The position numbers and the translations under genes were made by a program. DNA of 64,000 bases from a virus (Duplodnaviria; Caudoviricetes), in the IMG/VR virus record IMGVR_UViG_3300037400_003271, positions 1 through 64,000 of that record; one strand, written 5' to 3'. Shown here one piece after another: positions 46,503 to 55,477 of the stretch (position 1 is its first letter; the number at the start of each line of letters is the position of its first letter). Below the pieces are notes generated by a model. The model saw nothing but the letters and a program-made list of their open reading frames with translations. It made no database searches and was not told where the DNA came from.

Positions 46503-46733
46503 TTACTTTATGTTTTTGAGATAGTTTTCCAGCTCCTCCTCCGTCTCGCAGGTGCACCGGTACTGGCTGCTGATGCCGCTCCAATGCAGGTGCAGCTGAT
46601 AGATTGTGTCGAACACATAGTGGTAGCCGTTTCCGTACAGGACATACAGCACCACGCCGTCAACGAGGCAGGGCTGCACGGTTTCGCTTGCGCAGCCGCA
46701 ATACTCGGTTGTGAGCCACTGTAACTTTGCCAT
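46503..46733 (-). CDS. Hypothetical protein
   Basis: Tiles. Confidence 0.45.
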   Translation of the reverse strand: MAKLQWLTTEYCGCASETVQPCLVDGVVLYVLYGNGYHYVFDTIYQLHLHWSGISSQYRCTCETEEELENYLKNIK

Positions 46734-46736
46734 AAC

Positions 46737-46973
46737 TTAGTCTCTTTTGATCGTATGGTTGAGCTCTAATACTCTGAAATCCCCATTCTCGTATCGGAAA
46801 AGCCTGTTGAATCTCGATTTTTTCGACGGGGACAATTCGTGGTCTGCCCAGGCGAACCACGCAAAATTGTACTTGTCTTGCGGAATCGCCTTGAACTCTT
46901 CCAGCGACAGGCGGAACCAATACTTCTCCAAGCCCTGCGCGATCAGAACCCTGTAGTTGAGAATCTTTGCCAT
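46737..46973 (-). CDS. Hypothetical protein
   Basis: Start MAKILN at 46973. Confidence 0.45.
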   Translation of the reverse strand: MAKILNYRVLIAQGLEKYWFRLSLEEFKAIPQDKYNFAWFAWADHELSPSKKSRFNRLFRYENGDFRVLELNHTIKRD

Positions 46974-46983
46974 AACCCTTGCT

Positions 46984-47226
46984 TTAGTCCGGGAAGATCC
47001 GGAGGTAATACTTCTGCGGGTCGAACGCACCTTCGTCGAGGCTGATGAGGTCCTCCAGTTCACCCTGCTCGTACCACGCGAGGAACTCGTCGTGTTCGCC
47101 CCTATTAAGGAGCGTTTTCCTTTGCCGAAACAGCTCGTCTATAATGGCGCCTTGGCTCATATCCAGGATAGCCTCGAGGTCCACGCCATCCGGGAGCAGG
47201 TCCCGTCTCAAGATGTATGCTTTCAT
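46984..47226 (-). CDS. Hypothetical protein
   Basis: Tiles; partial copy of the shared leader upstream. Confidence 0.5.
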   Translation of the reverse strand: MKAYILRRDLLPDGVDLEAILDMSQGAIIDELFRQRKTLLNRGEHDEFLAWYEQGELEDLISLDEGAFDPQKYYLRIFPD

Positions 47227-47285
47227 ATTCTGAATGATTTAAGGTTAAACCCGCCCGGCGCCGGTCGTGGCGCCCGTGGATATGA

Positions 47286-47747
47286 TTATTCGCAGCTGAT
47301 TTTGCGGAGGAACTCGTCCTTCCAGTAGTCATTGAGGCCGTCGTAGAACTCGGCCATCATATCGGTCCTGCTTTCTTGCGAGATCTTGCAGAACAATGCG
47401 CGGAGTTGGGCCTCCTTCTCCTCCTGCGTCTCTTCTATCCGGTCGCACTCAAAGAAGAAGACATTTTCATACCGCTCCGGGCAGAAGAGCGGATAGTCAT
47501 CATCCATATCTTTGAACTCCCAGCAGCATTGCTCGCCCTGGAAAGTGTACGGCGCGAGTTGGTAGATATAATCCACCGAGGTTTCGATCTCTCCGCCGCT
47601 ATCTTTCTTGATAGTGATGATGTCGTCATCTCCTACGATGTATTCTGGGCGCCCATCTTCTCTGTTTACAAGGACGATTGTTCCCCATCCGTTCATGTGG
47701 TCGTCTTCGAACCACACACGCTCGTCAATTCTAATGATTCGTTTCAT
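47286..47747 (-). CDS. Hypothetical acidic protein
   Basis: Start MKRIIR at 47747. Confidence 0.5.
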   Translation of the reverse strand: MKRIIRIDERVWFEDDHMNGWGTIVLVNREDGRPEYIVGDDDIITIKKDSGGEIETSVDYIYQLAPYTFQGEQCCWEFKDMDDDYPLFCPERYENVFFFECDRIEETQEEKEAQLRALFCKISQESRTDMMAEFYDGLNDYWKDEFLRKISCE

Positions 47748-47784
47748 AATGATTCGATTTAGTTGGTTAACGGAGGCCAGGCGC

Positions 47785-48018
47785 CTACTCGCTGCGGACG
47801 ATCTGGTCCAGTTCGTCGATGATTCCTTCTGCATCGAGTAGAACCCCAATTCCTTCGAGGTCTTCGATGAGCGCGGTGAGTTTCCCGTAAGCGGCTGCGC
47901 CAGCCTTCGTGAAATACTCGTAGTCGCCATCGTCGTTGAGCTTCCTCGGATTCTTGAGGAACGGATTCTTCCCTTTGCAGCCGAAATACTCCTGCAGGAT
48001 TTCTTCAAGTGATTTCAT
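47785..48018 (-). CDS. Hypothetical protein
   Basis: Start MKSLEE at 48018. Confidence 0.5.
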   Translation of the reverse strand: MKSLEEILQEYFGCKGKNPFLKNPRKLNDDGDYEYFTKAGAAAYGKLTALIEDLEGIGVLLDAEGIIDELDQIVRSE

Positions 48019-48081
48019 AAACGTGAGATTTTTAAAGGTTAAACTTACCAGAAGCCGGTAGTCTCCGGCCGGCACCCGCTG

Positions 48082-48351
48082 TCAGAGCTTGTCGAGGTCT
48101 ATGTCCTTGACCTCTACGTACTGGAGTCTGCCGGTGTATCCGCGTCGCTTGAGCTCCTCCATCAGCTGACGGGGAGTGAAGTCCTCGAGCGGGTTGGCCT
48201 TCGGCTTGTAGTTGACGAAGGCGTTGCCGGCCGTGATGATGAGCTTGAGATAAGGCAAGGATACGTGGAACTTCTCGACGGCCTCTCGCTTTGAAAGGCC
48301 GTTCTTGACCGCGAAGTAGATCTCCGCGAAGTCGTATTTCTTTTTGCCCAT
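48082..48351 (-). CDS. HTH-like DNA-binding protein
   Basis: LSKREAVEKFHVSLPYLK; FTPRQLMEELKRRGY. Confidence 0.55.
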   Translation of the reverse strand: MGKKKYDFAEIYFAVKNGLSKREAVEKFHVSLPYLKLIITAGNAFVNYKPKANPLEDFTPRQLMEELKRRGYTGRLQYVEVKDIDLDKL

Positions 48352-48362
48352 ACTTTGTCTGA

Positions 48363-49031
48363 TTATCTTGAAATCGGATTCTTCGCGTATTCGAAGAGAC
48401 CTTTCTCTACCTCGTCGAACTTTTCGAGCAAGCGCTCAAGATCTCTGATGTAAAGTCTCTTGTAGTCGCAACTCGATCGCACCGAGAAGTCGTACCGCTT
48501 CACATTCCCGTCACGGTCGACCATAAGATCCTGACTACCGCAGGCGCCTCCGTTGGCGATCCCGAAGTATCCGGTCATCGAGAAATTTCTCGCCGGAGCG
48601 TCGAAATACGGATGGTCACAGAAGAAACCTACGCGGTGTGTGATGTGCTCTGTGCAGAACAGCGGGCTCTCGCGCGCCTTAGGCCCGAGATAGAACCGAT
48701 TCCTCGTGAGCGCATCGGCCACATCGAACATCTTCCTAAGCCGCGGGGCCAGGTCTTTGACTTTCTTTTCGAGCCCGCGCATATGCTCGAGCTGCCGGTA
48801 TTCGGCCTCCAGTGCAGCATCGTCAAGCGATTTTCTCTTCGCCGCGATTCCGGCAACGACATCCTCATTCTTCTCCTCCGGCTCCTGGACCTCAACGAAC
48901 TCGAGCCGTCCGTTTCCGTGCTCGAACTCGTGCTCGTCACCGAAATTGTCCTCGTATGCGGTCGCAAAGTCCCGCAGGCTGTCCGCAACGAATCCCTCGT
49001 CACAGATCATAGTTACCTTTACTTTTCTCAT
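48363..49031 (-). CDS. Hypothetical protein
   Basis: Tiles. Confidence 0.5.
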   Translation of the reverse strand: MRKVKVTMICDEGFVADSLRDFATAYEDNFGDEHEFEHGNGRLEFVEVQEPEEKNEDVVAGIAAKRKSLDDAALEAEYRQLEHMRGLEKKVKDLAPRLRKMFDVADALTRNRFYLGPKARESPLFCTEHITHRVGFFCDHPYFDAPARNFSMTGYFGIANGGACGSQDLMVDRDGNVKRYDFSVRSSCDYKRLYIRDLERLLEKFDEVEKGLFEYAKNPISR

Positions 49032-49033
49032 AT

Positions 49034-49219
49034 CTATTTCTCTATTTCTTCTACATCAGGAGCATCGTCCTCGGTCACATTATGTACAATCTGCGCGTCG
49101 TACTTCTTGTCTCCAACCTCGATTGATGCCTCGGCGATGGCCTCTTCCTCGTCTTTTGCGGTTACCACAACGGTTGCACTTGTGTGGTAGTAAAATGTTA
49201 CTTGGTACTTCTTTTTCAT
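49034..49219 (-). CDS. Small hypothetical protein
   Basis: YQV...VVVTAKDEEEA pattern; start 49219. Confidence 0.5.
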   Translation of the reverse strand: MKKKYQVTFYYHTSATVVVTAKDEEEAIAEASIEVGDKKYDAQIVHNVTEDDAPDVEEIEK

Positions 49220-49221
49220 AT

Positions 49222-49548
49222 CTATTTCTCGTGAATGATTTCCACCTCGCTTGCGATGATGTCCACGGACTCGCGGTATACACCCTCGCGGTCCGTGTAC
49301 TTCTGATACCGGATGCGGCCGATCACATGGAGCTTCGTGCCCTTTTCGATCATATCCACAGCCTTGATGTTCCGGCCCTCCCACGCGATGACGTTGTGCC
49401 ACGTTGTCTCGATGACAGGACGCCCGTCTGTGCCCCTGTAGCCGTAGTTGGTGGCCAGGCTGATCCGGGCCATCTTGTCGTCGCCGTACTGCTGCACGCG
49501 CACGATGCCTACGATGCCGCGCAGTTCCACTCTGTTAAGCTGTTCCAT
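49222..49548 (-). CDS. ssb: Single-stranded DNA-binding protein (OB fold, no acidic tail)
   Basis: LNRVELRGIVG, SLATN, TTWHNVIAW, KGTKLHVIGRI. Confidence 0.85.
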   Translation of the reverse strand: MEQLNRVELRGIVGIVRVQQYGDDKMARISLATNYGYRGTDGRPVIETTWHNVIAWEGRNIKAVDMIEKGTKLHVIGRIRYQKYTDREGVYRESVDIIASEVEIIHEK

Positions 49549-49550
49549 AC

Positions 49551-49745
49551 CTATTCGAATTTGATCGTTACCTTCAGGCCGAGAGCGCCGGCCCAGATGT
49601 TCAGGCGCTTCAGAGACGGGCTCCGCTTGCCGCACTCCAGTTCGGAGAGACGCGACCGCTCCATCCCCATCTGCTGCGCCAGCTGCGTGATCGTCAGCCC
49701 CCGCTCGAGGCGACGCTCCTTGAGTTTGCTTACTATCTGTTCCAT
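49551..49745 (-). CDS. XRE-family HTH regulator
   Basis: LKERRLERGLTITQLAQQMGMERSRLSELECGKRSPS. Confidence 0.85.
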   Translation of the reverse strand: MEQIVSKLKERRLERGLTITQLAQQMGMERSRLSELECGKRSPSLKRLNIWAGALGLKVTIKFE

Positions 49746-49746
49746 T

Positions 49747-50187
49747 TTATCCGCGGTTGATTCTGTCGTCCGTAAAACTGAAGAAGCAGTCGTCGGCCAT
49801 CACGAGGTGGTCGAGCAGGCTGATTCCCAAAGCGTGCAACACATTCCGAAGCGCATCCGTCTGGCGGATGTCCGCCGGGCCGGGCGTCGGATTGCCGCTG
49901 GGGTGGTTGTGGACGAGGATGACCCCGTCCGCAAAGGCGCCGAGCGCTGCGACTCCGATTGCCGTGGCGTCAATCGCGCACGATTCTCTCCCGCCGACGC
50001 TGACAAGGAAATGGCCGAGGATCGTATTGCTTTTATCCGTAAAGAGCGCCCAGCAGCACTCGCGCCACATCTGCTCCTTTTTCAGCAGGTGCTTCCTGAC
50101 ATACTCCGCGACCCGTCTTGAATTGGTCGCAACATACCGCTCGTCGTCACCCTTGATGGCGCGACGGACAATCTTGAATTCGTACAT
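49747..50187 (-). CDS. RadC-like JAB domain protein
   Basis: VILVHNHPSGNPTPGPAD...LLDHLV. Confidence 0.85.
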   Translation of the reverse strand: MYEFKIVRRAIKGDDERYVATNSRRVAEYVRKHLLKKEQMWRECCWALFTDKSNTILGHFLVSVGGRESCAIDATAIGVAALGAFADGVILVHNHPSGNPTPGPADIRQTDALRNVLHALGISLLDHLVMADDCFFSFTDDRINRG

Positions 50188-50195
50188 ATGCTTTC

Positions 50196-51023
50196 CTATT
50201 GGTTAACTCCAAGTGAAACAACATTCGCCTCGGTCACCCCGACGAACCTGCCGACGACCCTCTTCGCTGCGTGCTCCGCCCCCTTCCTCGTGGCATACTT
50301 GTGCGCGCTGTCGGCCCACCGCGTGAACCACAGGTGGCGGCCGGTAAGCCGGAACAGATACTTGTCCACGCCGTTCTCCTTCAGCGCGACGATGAAGCAC
50401 TCCGTATGCTCCCGCTTCACGCGGTTCATCCGGTTGCGGTCCTTCACCTCGCGCCAGGCACGCTGCGCGGACCCGTCTGTCAGACAGACCCACGGGGTGA
50501 TGCCTCGCGCGCGCAGCCGATCCCACTTCTCGGCCAGCTCTTCCTCGTTCTGGACATACTCGTGATGCCCGCCGTTCGTATTGTCGTACCAGAACAGCGA
50601 TAGACCACCATCGAGCTCGTCCATCGTGATGGCGTTGCGGAACCCGCTCTTGAAGAAGTTAAGGAACAGCGCCGCCGTCTGCTCACTGGCGCCACTGATC
50701 TTTACACAACTGAAGTAGTAGAAATCCTTCAGGACCTGCTCCTTCGTGTGCGGCTCTCCGCCGAACGCAGGCTCGCGGCCGTCATACTCCTTGACCTTCT
50801 GGTCCACGAACGCCTGCGCGCTGGATATGATCTCCTCCTCGGTCAGCGAGAACCTCGCCTTCTGCTCCTCGGTCTCGTAATTCCACCGATGCGAGCACCA
50901 CTCTCGGGAGCGCCTGCGGTTGTCGCAATCCCAGACGTTGTTGTCCCCGCTCTCAATCGTGGGGATATATGTGCCGTCCTTCATCTTGATGAACATGGCA
51001 CGGTAAAAGATCGAATAACTCAT
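50196..51023 (-). CDS. Hypothetical protein
   Basis: 275 aa; tiles. Confidence 0.55.
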   Translation of the reverse strand: MSYSIFYRAMFIKMKDGTYIPTIESGDNNVWDCDNRRRSREWCSHRWNYETEEQKARFSLTEEEIISSAQAFVDQKVKEYDGREPAFGGEPHTKEQVLKDFYYFSCVKISGASEQTAALFLNFFKSGFRNAITMDELDGGLSLFWYDNTNGGHHEYVQNEEELAEKWDRLRARGITPWVCLTDGSAQRAWREVKDRNRMNRVKREHTECFIVALKENGVDKYLFRLTGRHLWFTRWADSAHKYATRKGAEHAAKRVVGRFVGVTEANVVSLGVNQ

Positions 51024-51086
51024 ATTCTGTGTTTTCTATTCTGTTCAACTCTTCGGCTATCGCCCATCTCAGTACCATTCCCATAC

Positions 51087-51389
51087 CTAATTCAGTTTTG
51101 TCCCGTACGGCAGGGCCATACGGATAGTCCTCATATCGGTCGGACCGATGGTGCGGCCGCTGTCCATCGACTCGTCGAGCCAGACGGTCACGCTGCCCCA
51201 GCCGCTATTCTCGGCGGCCCTGTGGTTCCCGTAGAACCCGTCAAGGATCATCTGCACATCGCAAATGGTCGCCGGCGTCTCCGAGCAGACAAGGAGCTGC
51301 CCCTCGTCCGAGCAGTCTTCGAAATCGCAGTTGTGCGCCTTGGCGCACTTCTGCAGTACCTTCTTCAGGTTCGCTATGTTTGCTATCAT
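51087..51389 (-). CDS. Hypothetical protein
   Basis: Tiles. Confidence 0.45.
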   Translation of the reverse strand: MIANIANLKKVLQKCAKAHNCDFEDCSDEGQLLVCSETPATICDVQMILDGFYGNHRAAENSGWGSVTVWLDESMDSGRTIGPTDMRTIRMALPYGTKLN

Positions 51390-51391
51390 CG

Positions 51392-51619
51392 TTAAAGAAA
51401 ATTATAAACCGAGTATCCGTTACCATACCCGACGAAATCGTAAAGGGCCTCGATGTACGCCTTCTTCTCCGCCTCGGTCTCGAACTTCTTCTCGACCAAC
51501 TCGTAGTTGAGGTAATCCTTCTCGTCCACGCGGCGCACCTTGCGCAGGCCGCCCTCGTTGAAGATTTCCGCGGCGTCATCGTCCATAAAGATGACGCGCA
51601 ACTTGAATTTCTTTGCCAT
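51392..51619 (-). CDS. Hypothetical protein
   Basis: Tiles. Confidence 0.5.
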   Translation of the reverse strand: MAKKFKLRVIFMDDDAAEIFNEGGLRKVRRVDEKDYLNYELVEKKFETEAEKKAYIEALYDFVGYGNGYSVYNFL

Positions 51620-51623
51620 ATCT

Positions 51624-51947
51624 CTATTCGTTTTCGTATATCGCCTTGATCTGCTCCGCTATCAGGCGGCAGTCCTCTTCCGAGAGATCACCCTCCGAAC
51701 ACTCGCAGAAATGCGCGTCCTCGTAGAAGTCCTCATTCACTCCCCAATGCCACAGGCCGACCTCGACTCGCCCACCTTCGCGGACAGCAGCATATGACAC
51801 GGATATGTTCTCTCCGTGCTCGTTCCTATACTCCAGCCCGGCATTATTGAAGAAGTCCGCAACCCTCTCGGCGGACTCCAGGCCGAAGTCCTGCTCGTGA
51901 ACCTTGTTCCAAGGCTCGCCGAGACGCAGTATCAGTTCGCTCAGCAT
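51624..51947 (-). CDS. Hypothetical acidic protein
   Basis: Tiles. Confidence 0.5.
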   Translation of the reverse strand: MLSELILRLGEPWNKVHEQDFGLESAERVADFFNNAGLEYRNEHGENISVSYAAVREGGRVEVGLWHWGVNEDFYEDAHFCECSEGDLSEEDCRLIAEQIKAIYENE

Positions 51948-51950
51948 ATC

Positions 51951-52199
51951 CTAAAGGTTTTGGATGATCAGGTCGCGTACCCTCTCGCCATACTGGCCCA
52001 TCTTTAGGGCGCTCAACAAGAAGGTCTTCTGCGCGTCAATCTTCATCAGGCTGAAAAGCGCGATCGCTTGGTCGTTGTGTCCATTGATGTACGATTCGAT
52101 GATGTAGTCGAAATACTGCATCGGGTGCTCGAACTCGTATCTCTTCAGCAGGGTCTCCATTCTGGTTCCCCGCCGGCCGTGGTTGATGATCGCTCTCAT
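51951..52199 (-). CDS. Hypothetical protein
   Basis: ATGA-coupled start at 52199 (52160 is an alternative). Confidence 0.45.
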   Translation of the reverse strand: MRAIINHGRRGTRMETLLKRYEFEHPMQYFDYIIESYINGHNDQAIALFSLMKIDAQKTFLLSALKMGQYGERVRDLIIQNL

Positions 52200-52510
52200 T
52201 TTATCTCCTCCAGCAGTTGTTTCAGTTCGTCTTCCGTGTCGAAGTGACCGCCGAACCGCGTCCGTTCGCCGTCTTTGGTCAGGACGGTAAGCCACGCACC
52301 GCAGTCGCCCATCACCATCTCAAAGATAGCAAGCGGCGTCTTGTACAGGTCGCGCTCGACGATCTTCGCAATCTCGCCGCCAGACGCAGAATCGGCCGCC
52401 TCACACAGATACCCATTTCGCTCGAAATATGCGTACGGGTGACAGAACACCGGATTCGGCATTCCGTTAAATGTGCGGTCAAACACCGCCTTGATTTCTT
52501 TAGGGTCCAT
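52196..52510 (-). CDS. Hypothetical protein
   Basis: Tiles. Confidence 0.5.
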   Translation of the reverse strand: MDPKEIKAVFDRTFNGMPNPVFCHPYAYFERNGYLCEAADSASGGEIAKIVERDLYKTPLAIFEMVMGDCGAWLTVLTKDGERTRFGGHFDTEDELKQLLEEIK

Positions 52511-52522
52511 ATTGCTTTGTAG

Positions 52523-52834
52523 TTAATCGATCTTATAAAGCCACACTTCCTGATCGTCCGTAGCAACCAGCTCCGGTTCGATCCTCTCGAGGACAACGTC
52601 CGGCGCATAGTTCGCGTTGAACGGATAAAAAAAGTTCGAGTCGCACTGCCACAGCACAAGGTAGTCGCACTCTTCGACTTCTCCGCTCTTAATGCGGAAG
52701 TCCCCGAAGCAGTTACTCAACCACCGCTCGACTGACATATAATCCGCGCCGGGCCATCTGTGCACCTGCGCGTGCTCGGCGATTGACGCATCCGCCACCA
52801 TCGCCCGAATCAATTCGATCGCTTTCATTTGCAC
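52523..52834 (-). CDS. Hypothetical protein
   Basis: Tiles. Confidence 0.45.
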   Translation of the reverse strand: MQMKAIELIRAMVADASIAEHAQVHRWPGADYMSVERWLSNCFGDFRIKSGEVEECDYLVLWQCDSNFFYPFNANYAPDVVLERIEPELVATDDQEVWLYKID

Positions 52835-53052
52835 ATCGCTTTAAGTTCAGCCTTGATCCGCCTGGCCGTATCGCCCCTCCAGGACGCGGCGTTGCTCAGA
52901 AAATACAGCACCACAGACTTGGCGCTGTCAAAGTAGTAGTTGTCCTCGATGCTGTCCAACTGGCCCATCGCATCAAGGTACGGCTTCGCATAAGGGGAAA
53001 CATTCTTCCAATCCTTGCGAATCTCGTCCGCAATCTCGCGAATCGCTCTCAT
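52825..53052 (-). CDS. Small conserved-looking phage protein
   Basis: AKPYLDAM...VVLYFLSNAASWRGDTARRIKAELK. Confidence 0.6.
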   Translation of the reverse strand: MRAIREIADEIRKDWKNVSPYAKPYLDAMGQLDSIEDNYYFDSAKSVVLYFLSNAASWRGDTARRIKAELKAMCK

Positions 53053-53138
53053 ATTCTATTTGCTTTTTTTTGTTGTCCTTGCCCCTCAACCCAATTATTT
53101 GCAAGCGGGGCCGGTATCACCCAACCCCGCCCGATTCG

Positions 53139-53579
53139 CTATTCGGCCTTCGCAATCGGTGCGGCGCCGAACAGGCCGCCCGTCGCGTCGCGCACGAGCT
53201 CGTCCAGGTCCACGATCCACAGGCCATCGTCATCGTAGCCGATTCCCACGACCAGCGGCTTCCCGACAGCGCACTTCTCCGCGAACTTCTTCTTGTACTC
53301 GTCGCCATACGTCTTCATATACACGAGCTGCTGGAGCGTCTTCACCTCGTCGTCGGTCTTCGGGATCACGACGAACGCCTGGTTTTCCTCGCTGCCCGCG
53401 CCCTTGAACAAGGAGCATTCGTCCGTCTGCTTCACGGCCATCTGCACGAGCCGGAACTTCAGCATCCCGTACGCGCTCTGCTCGAACGCGAGGCACTCGC
53501 CCTTGTCGCCGAACTTCGTCCCGTCGAACGCGACATACTCCTCGCGGATACTCTTCACTTCGATTTTCTCAATCTTCAT
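53139..53579 (-). CDS. Hypothetical protein, paralog of 53674-54132
   Basis: YVAFDGTKF...C..(F/Y)E shared N-terminus. Confidence 0.6.
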   Translation of the reverse strand: MKIEKIEVKSIREEYVAFDGTKFGDKGECLAFEQSAYGMLKFRLVQMAVKQTDECSLFKGAGSEENQAFVVIPKTDDEVKTLQQLVYMKTYGDEYKKKFAEKCAVGKPLVVGIGYDDDGLWIVDLDELVRDATGGLFGAAPIAKAE

Positions 53580-53622
53580 AATTCGCTTTGTTCACTATTA
53601 AACCCGTGTTCCCGGCTTAAAG
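53580..53622 (-). repeat. Conserved leader, copy 1
   Basis: CTTTAAGCCGGGAACACGGGTTTAATAGTGAACAAAGCGAATT then ATG. Confidence 0.75.
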
Positions 53623-53673
53623 ATTAAACTGAATTGGCAAGCGGACGGCCTATCACAGCCGCCCGCCCATTCT

Positions 53674-54132
53674 CTATTTTGCCTTCTCGGCCGGGACCAC
53701 CGTGAACTGACCATTCGTCCCTTTCGCGATGATGTCCTTCATGCTGTCGATCCAGCAATTCTCGTATTCGCTGTCGAAGATGACTGTCATCGGTTCGCCG
53801 ATACACCCATCCGGCACCATATTCTTCGCGGGCTCCGGCGCGGTGCCGTACGCCATAACCAACGACCGCAGGAGCTCGACGTCTCCCTTCACCTTCGGAA
53901 CGAGCACGATCGCCTCGTTGTTCTCAAACCCCTCCCCGTTGTACAACTCGCAGCCGTTCGTCACCTTGATGGCCATCTGTCTCGCGCGGACACGAAGGAC
54001 CACCCGCTGCGCATCCTCGTATTCGATGCACTCGTCCTCCTCGTCAAACCGCGTTCCGTCATATGCGACGAAAACATGCGTCTTGGTCTCGCGCTCAGCC
54101 GTGTACTTCTCTACGGTTTCCTCTATCTTCAT
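53674..54132 (-). CDS. Hypothetical protein, paralog of 53139-53579
   Basis: FVAYDGTRF...CIEYE. Confidence 0.6.
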   Translation of the reverse strand: MKIEETVEKYTAERETKTHVFVAYDGTRFDEEDECIEYEDAQRVVLRVRARQMAIKVTNGCELYNGEGFENNEAIVLVPKVKGDVELLRSLVMAYGTAPEPAKNMVPDGCIGEPMTVIFDSEYENCWIDSMKDIIAKGTNGQFTVVPAEKAK

Positions 54133-54174
54133 AATTCTTTTGTTCGGTATTAAACCCCCGTCCCCGGCCTAAAG
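54133..54174 (-). repeat. Conserved leader, copy 2
   Basis: CTTTAGGCCGGGGACGGGGGTTTAATACCGAACAAAAGAATT then ATG. Confidence 0.75.
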
Positions 54175-54267
54175 TAAAAACATTGCATACAACGCGGCGA
54201 CACACGCCACCGCTCCAAGGACGGCCATCACCAGGTCCGCCCACCACTTGCGCCCGCTCTTCTCCAT
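54169..54267 (-). CDS. 32-aa single-TM peptide (not in ORF track)
   Basis: MEKSGRKWWADLVMAVLGAVACVAALYAMFLL. Confidence 0.4.
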   Translation of the reverse strand: MEKSGRKWWADLVMAVLGAVACVAALYAMFLL

Positions 54268-54278
54268 ATCCCGTCCGT

Positions 54279-54431
54279 TTAACTCAGCGCCCTAACGCGC
54301 CATTCAACTCCAGTCTGGTCCGTCATTCGCCGGCGCACAACCATAGCGCACTCCATCGTCTTGCAAAATGTCGGCACGAATCCCTTCACATACTGCGTCG
54401 GGAATACCTTGTACTTGTAATTCTGTTCCAT
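54279..54431 (-). CDS. 50-aa hypothetical protein (not in ORF track)
   Basis: MEQNYKYKVF...RALS; fills the gap. Confidence 0.4.
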   Translation of the reverse strand: MEQNYKYKVFPTQYVKGFVPTFCKTMECAMVVRRRMTDQTGVEWRVRALS

Positions 54432-54446
54432 AATACTCTGTGTGTT

Positions 54447-54749
54447 TTAGTCCATATAGTCCGCCCAAACTCCTGCGCCATCCCACCGATGAGCATAGAT
54501 GTGAGTGCTCCGGCTCAGCGGGACCACAATCGCCCCGCCGTCCACACGACAAGTGTGCATCGGCTCGCTGTCGTCAACCTTATACGGAACGGACGGGAAC
54601 TCGTAACCCTGCATTCCTGCGCTGTCCTTCTTCAGTTCGCGCACCTTCACGCGCTTCTCGGTCACCTTGACCACAATGAAAAACGAGGGGATGATCATAC
54701 TATAACCCCAGGTACCGACGAATACATCGCCAACTTTGATTTCTTCCAT
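54447..54749 (-). CDS. Hypothetical SH3-like protein, paralog of 55088-55390
   Basis: KVGDVF..TWGY....FF.VVKVTEK.V.VR...WDG. Confidence 0.55.
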   Translation of the reverse strand: MEEIKVGDVFVGTWGYSMIIPSFFIVVKVTEKRVKVRELKKDSAGMQGYEFPSVPYKVDDSEPMHTCRVDGGAIVVPLSRSTHIYAHRWDGAGVWADYMD

Positions 54750-54764
54750 ACTTTGCTATTTTGA

Positions 54765-54938
54765 TTACTGATTTAATTCTTTCATCGCTCGTGCAAGCGC
54801 AAGCGCCTGCCGTGCGTCCAACCCGGCAAGCGTGTCAAGGACCTCCTGCGCGTCGCTCGTCAGGTCCATCCGCTCGCTCATTGACTTGCAGATTCCGGCC
54901 ACCTTGGCCCAATCGTACATCGTGTCCAACTTAAGCAT
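54765..54938 (-). CDS. 57-aa helical protein (not in ORF track)
   Basis: MLKLDTMYDW...ELNQ. Confidence 0.4.
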   Translation of the reverse strand: MLKLDTMYDWAKVAGICKSMSERMDLTSDAQEVLDTLAGLDARQALALARAMKELNQ

Positions 54939-55086
54939 AATTCCTGTGGTTCTTCTTGTTCAACTTGTTCGTTCGCCTCGTTCGCCCCGTCCTCCGGTCA
55001 ATGGCGGCCAGGAACTCGTCCTCGTCCCACTGCTCACGGGCCCGCTTGTCGCTCGCCCGGTCGAATTGTGTGTAGTCCTTGCTCAT
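54931..55086 (-). CDS. 51-aa charged protein (not in ORF track)
   Basis: MSKDYTQFD...RNYA. Confidence 0.35.
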   Translation of the reverse strand: MSKDYTQFDRASDKRAREQWDEDEFLAAIDRRTGRTRRTNKLNKKNHRNYA

Positions 55087-55087
55087 A

Positions 55088-55390
55088 TTAGTGCAGATTG
55101 TAGTTCATTCCCCACATTGGATGGTTGTTTTGCAGCGGTTTCCCGTCCCATATTTTCGCGCTCGTCCAATCGCCCAGCCTAATCCGTCCGTTATCTACGC
55201 GCCTTCTTTGTTCGGGCGATTCATAGTAGCCGCCCTCGGTCAGGAAATCATTCGGTCGGGGCGTTCCCTCTCGTTTGTTCGAGTTGATTCGTCGCACCGT
55301 CACAGTTTTGTCGGTCGCTTTGATTACTTGCAAAAAGTAGTAGTAATTCGAATACACATTGCAAGCCAGCAGGATGTCATTTGCTTTCAT
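55088..55390 (-). CDS. Hypothetical SH3-like protein, paralog of 54447-54749
   Basis: YYFLQVIKATDKTVTVRR...AKIWDG. Confidence 0.55.
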   Translation of the reverse strand: MKANDILLACNVYSNYYYFLQVIKATDKTVTVRRINSNKREGTPRPNDFLTEGGYYESPEQRRRVDNGRIRLGDWTSAKIWDGKPLQNNHPMWGMNYNLH

Positions 55391-55421
55391 TGCTTTGTCC
55401 GTTTGTGGTTATAAAATGGCG

Positions 55422-55456
55422 AGCGGTCGGAGACATTCAACCCCGACCGCCCGAAA
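55422..55456 (-). terminator. Terminator-like hairpin after the first early gene
   Basis: GCGGTCGG ... CCGACCGC arms with flanking A/T runs. Confidence 0.55.
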
Positions 55457-55477
55457 AATCTCGCTCTCGTCGCTCGC

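Noticed and set aside
46975-46995. Fourth copy of the early leader, in reverse orientation (CTTTAGTCCGGGA)
   Set aside because: It coincides with the coding end of 46984-47226 and lacks the GGGTTTAATA half
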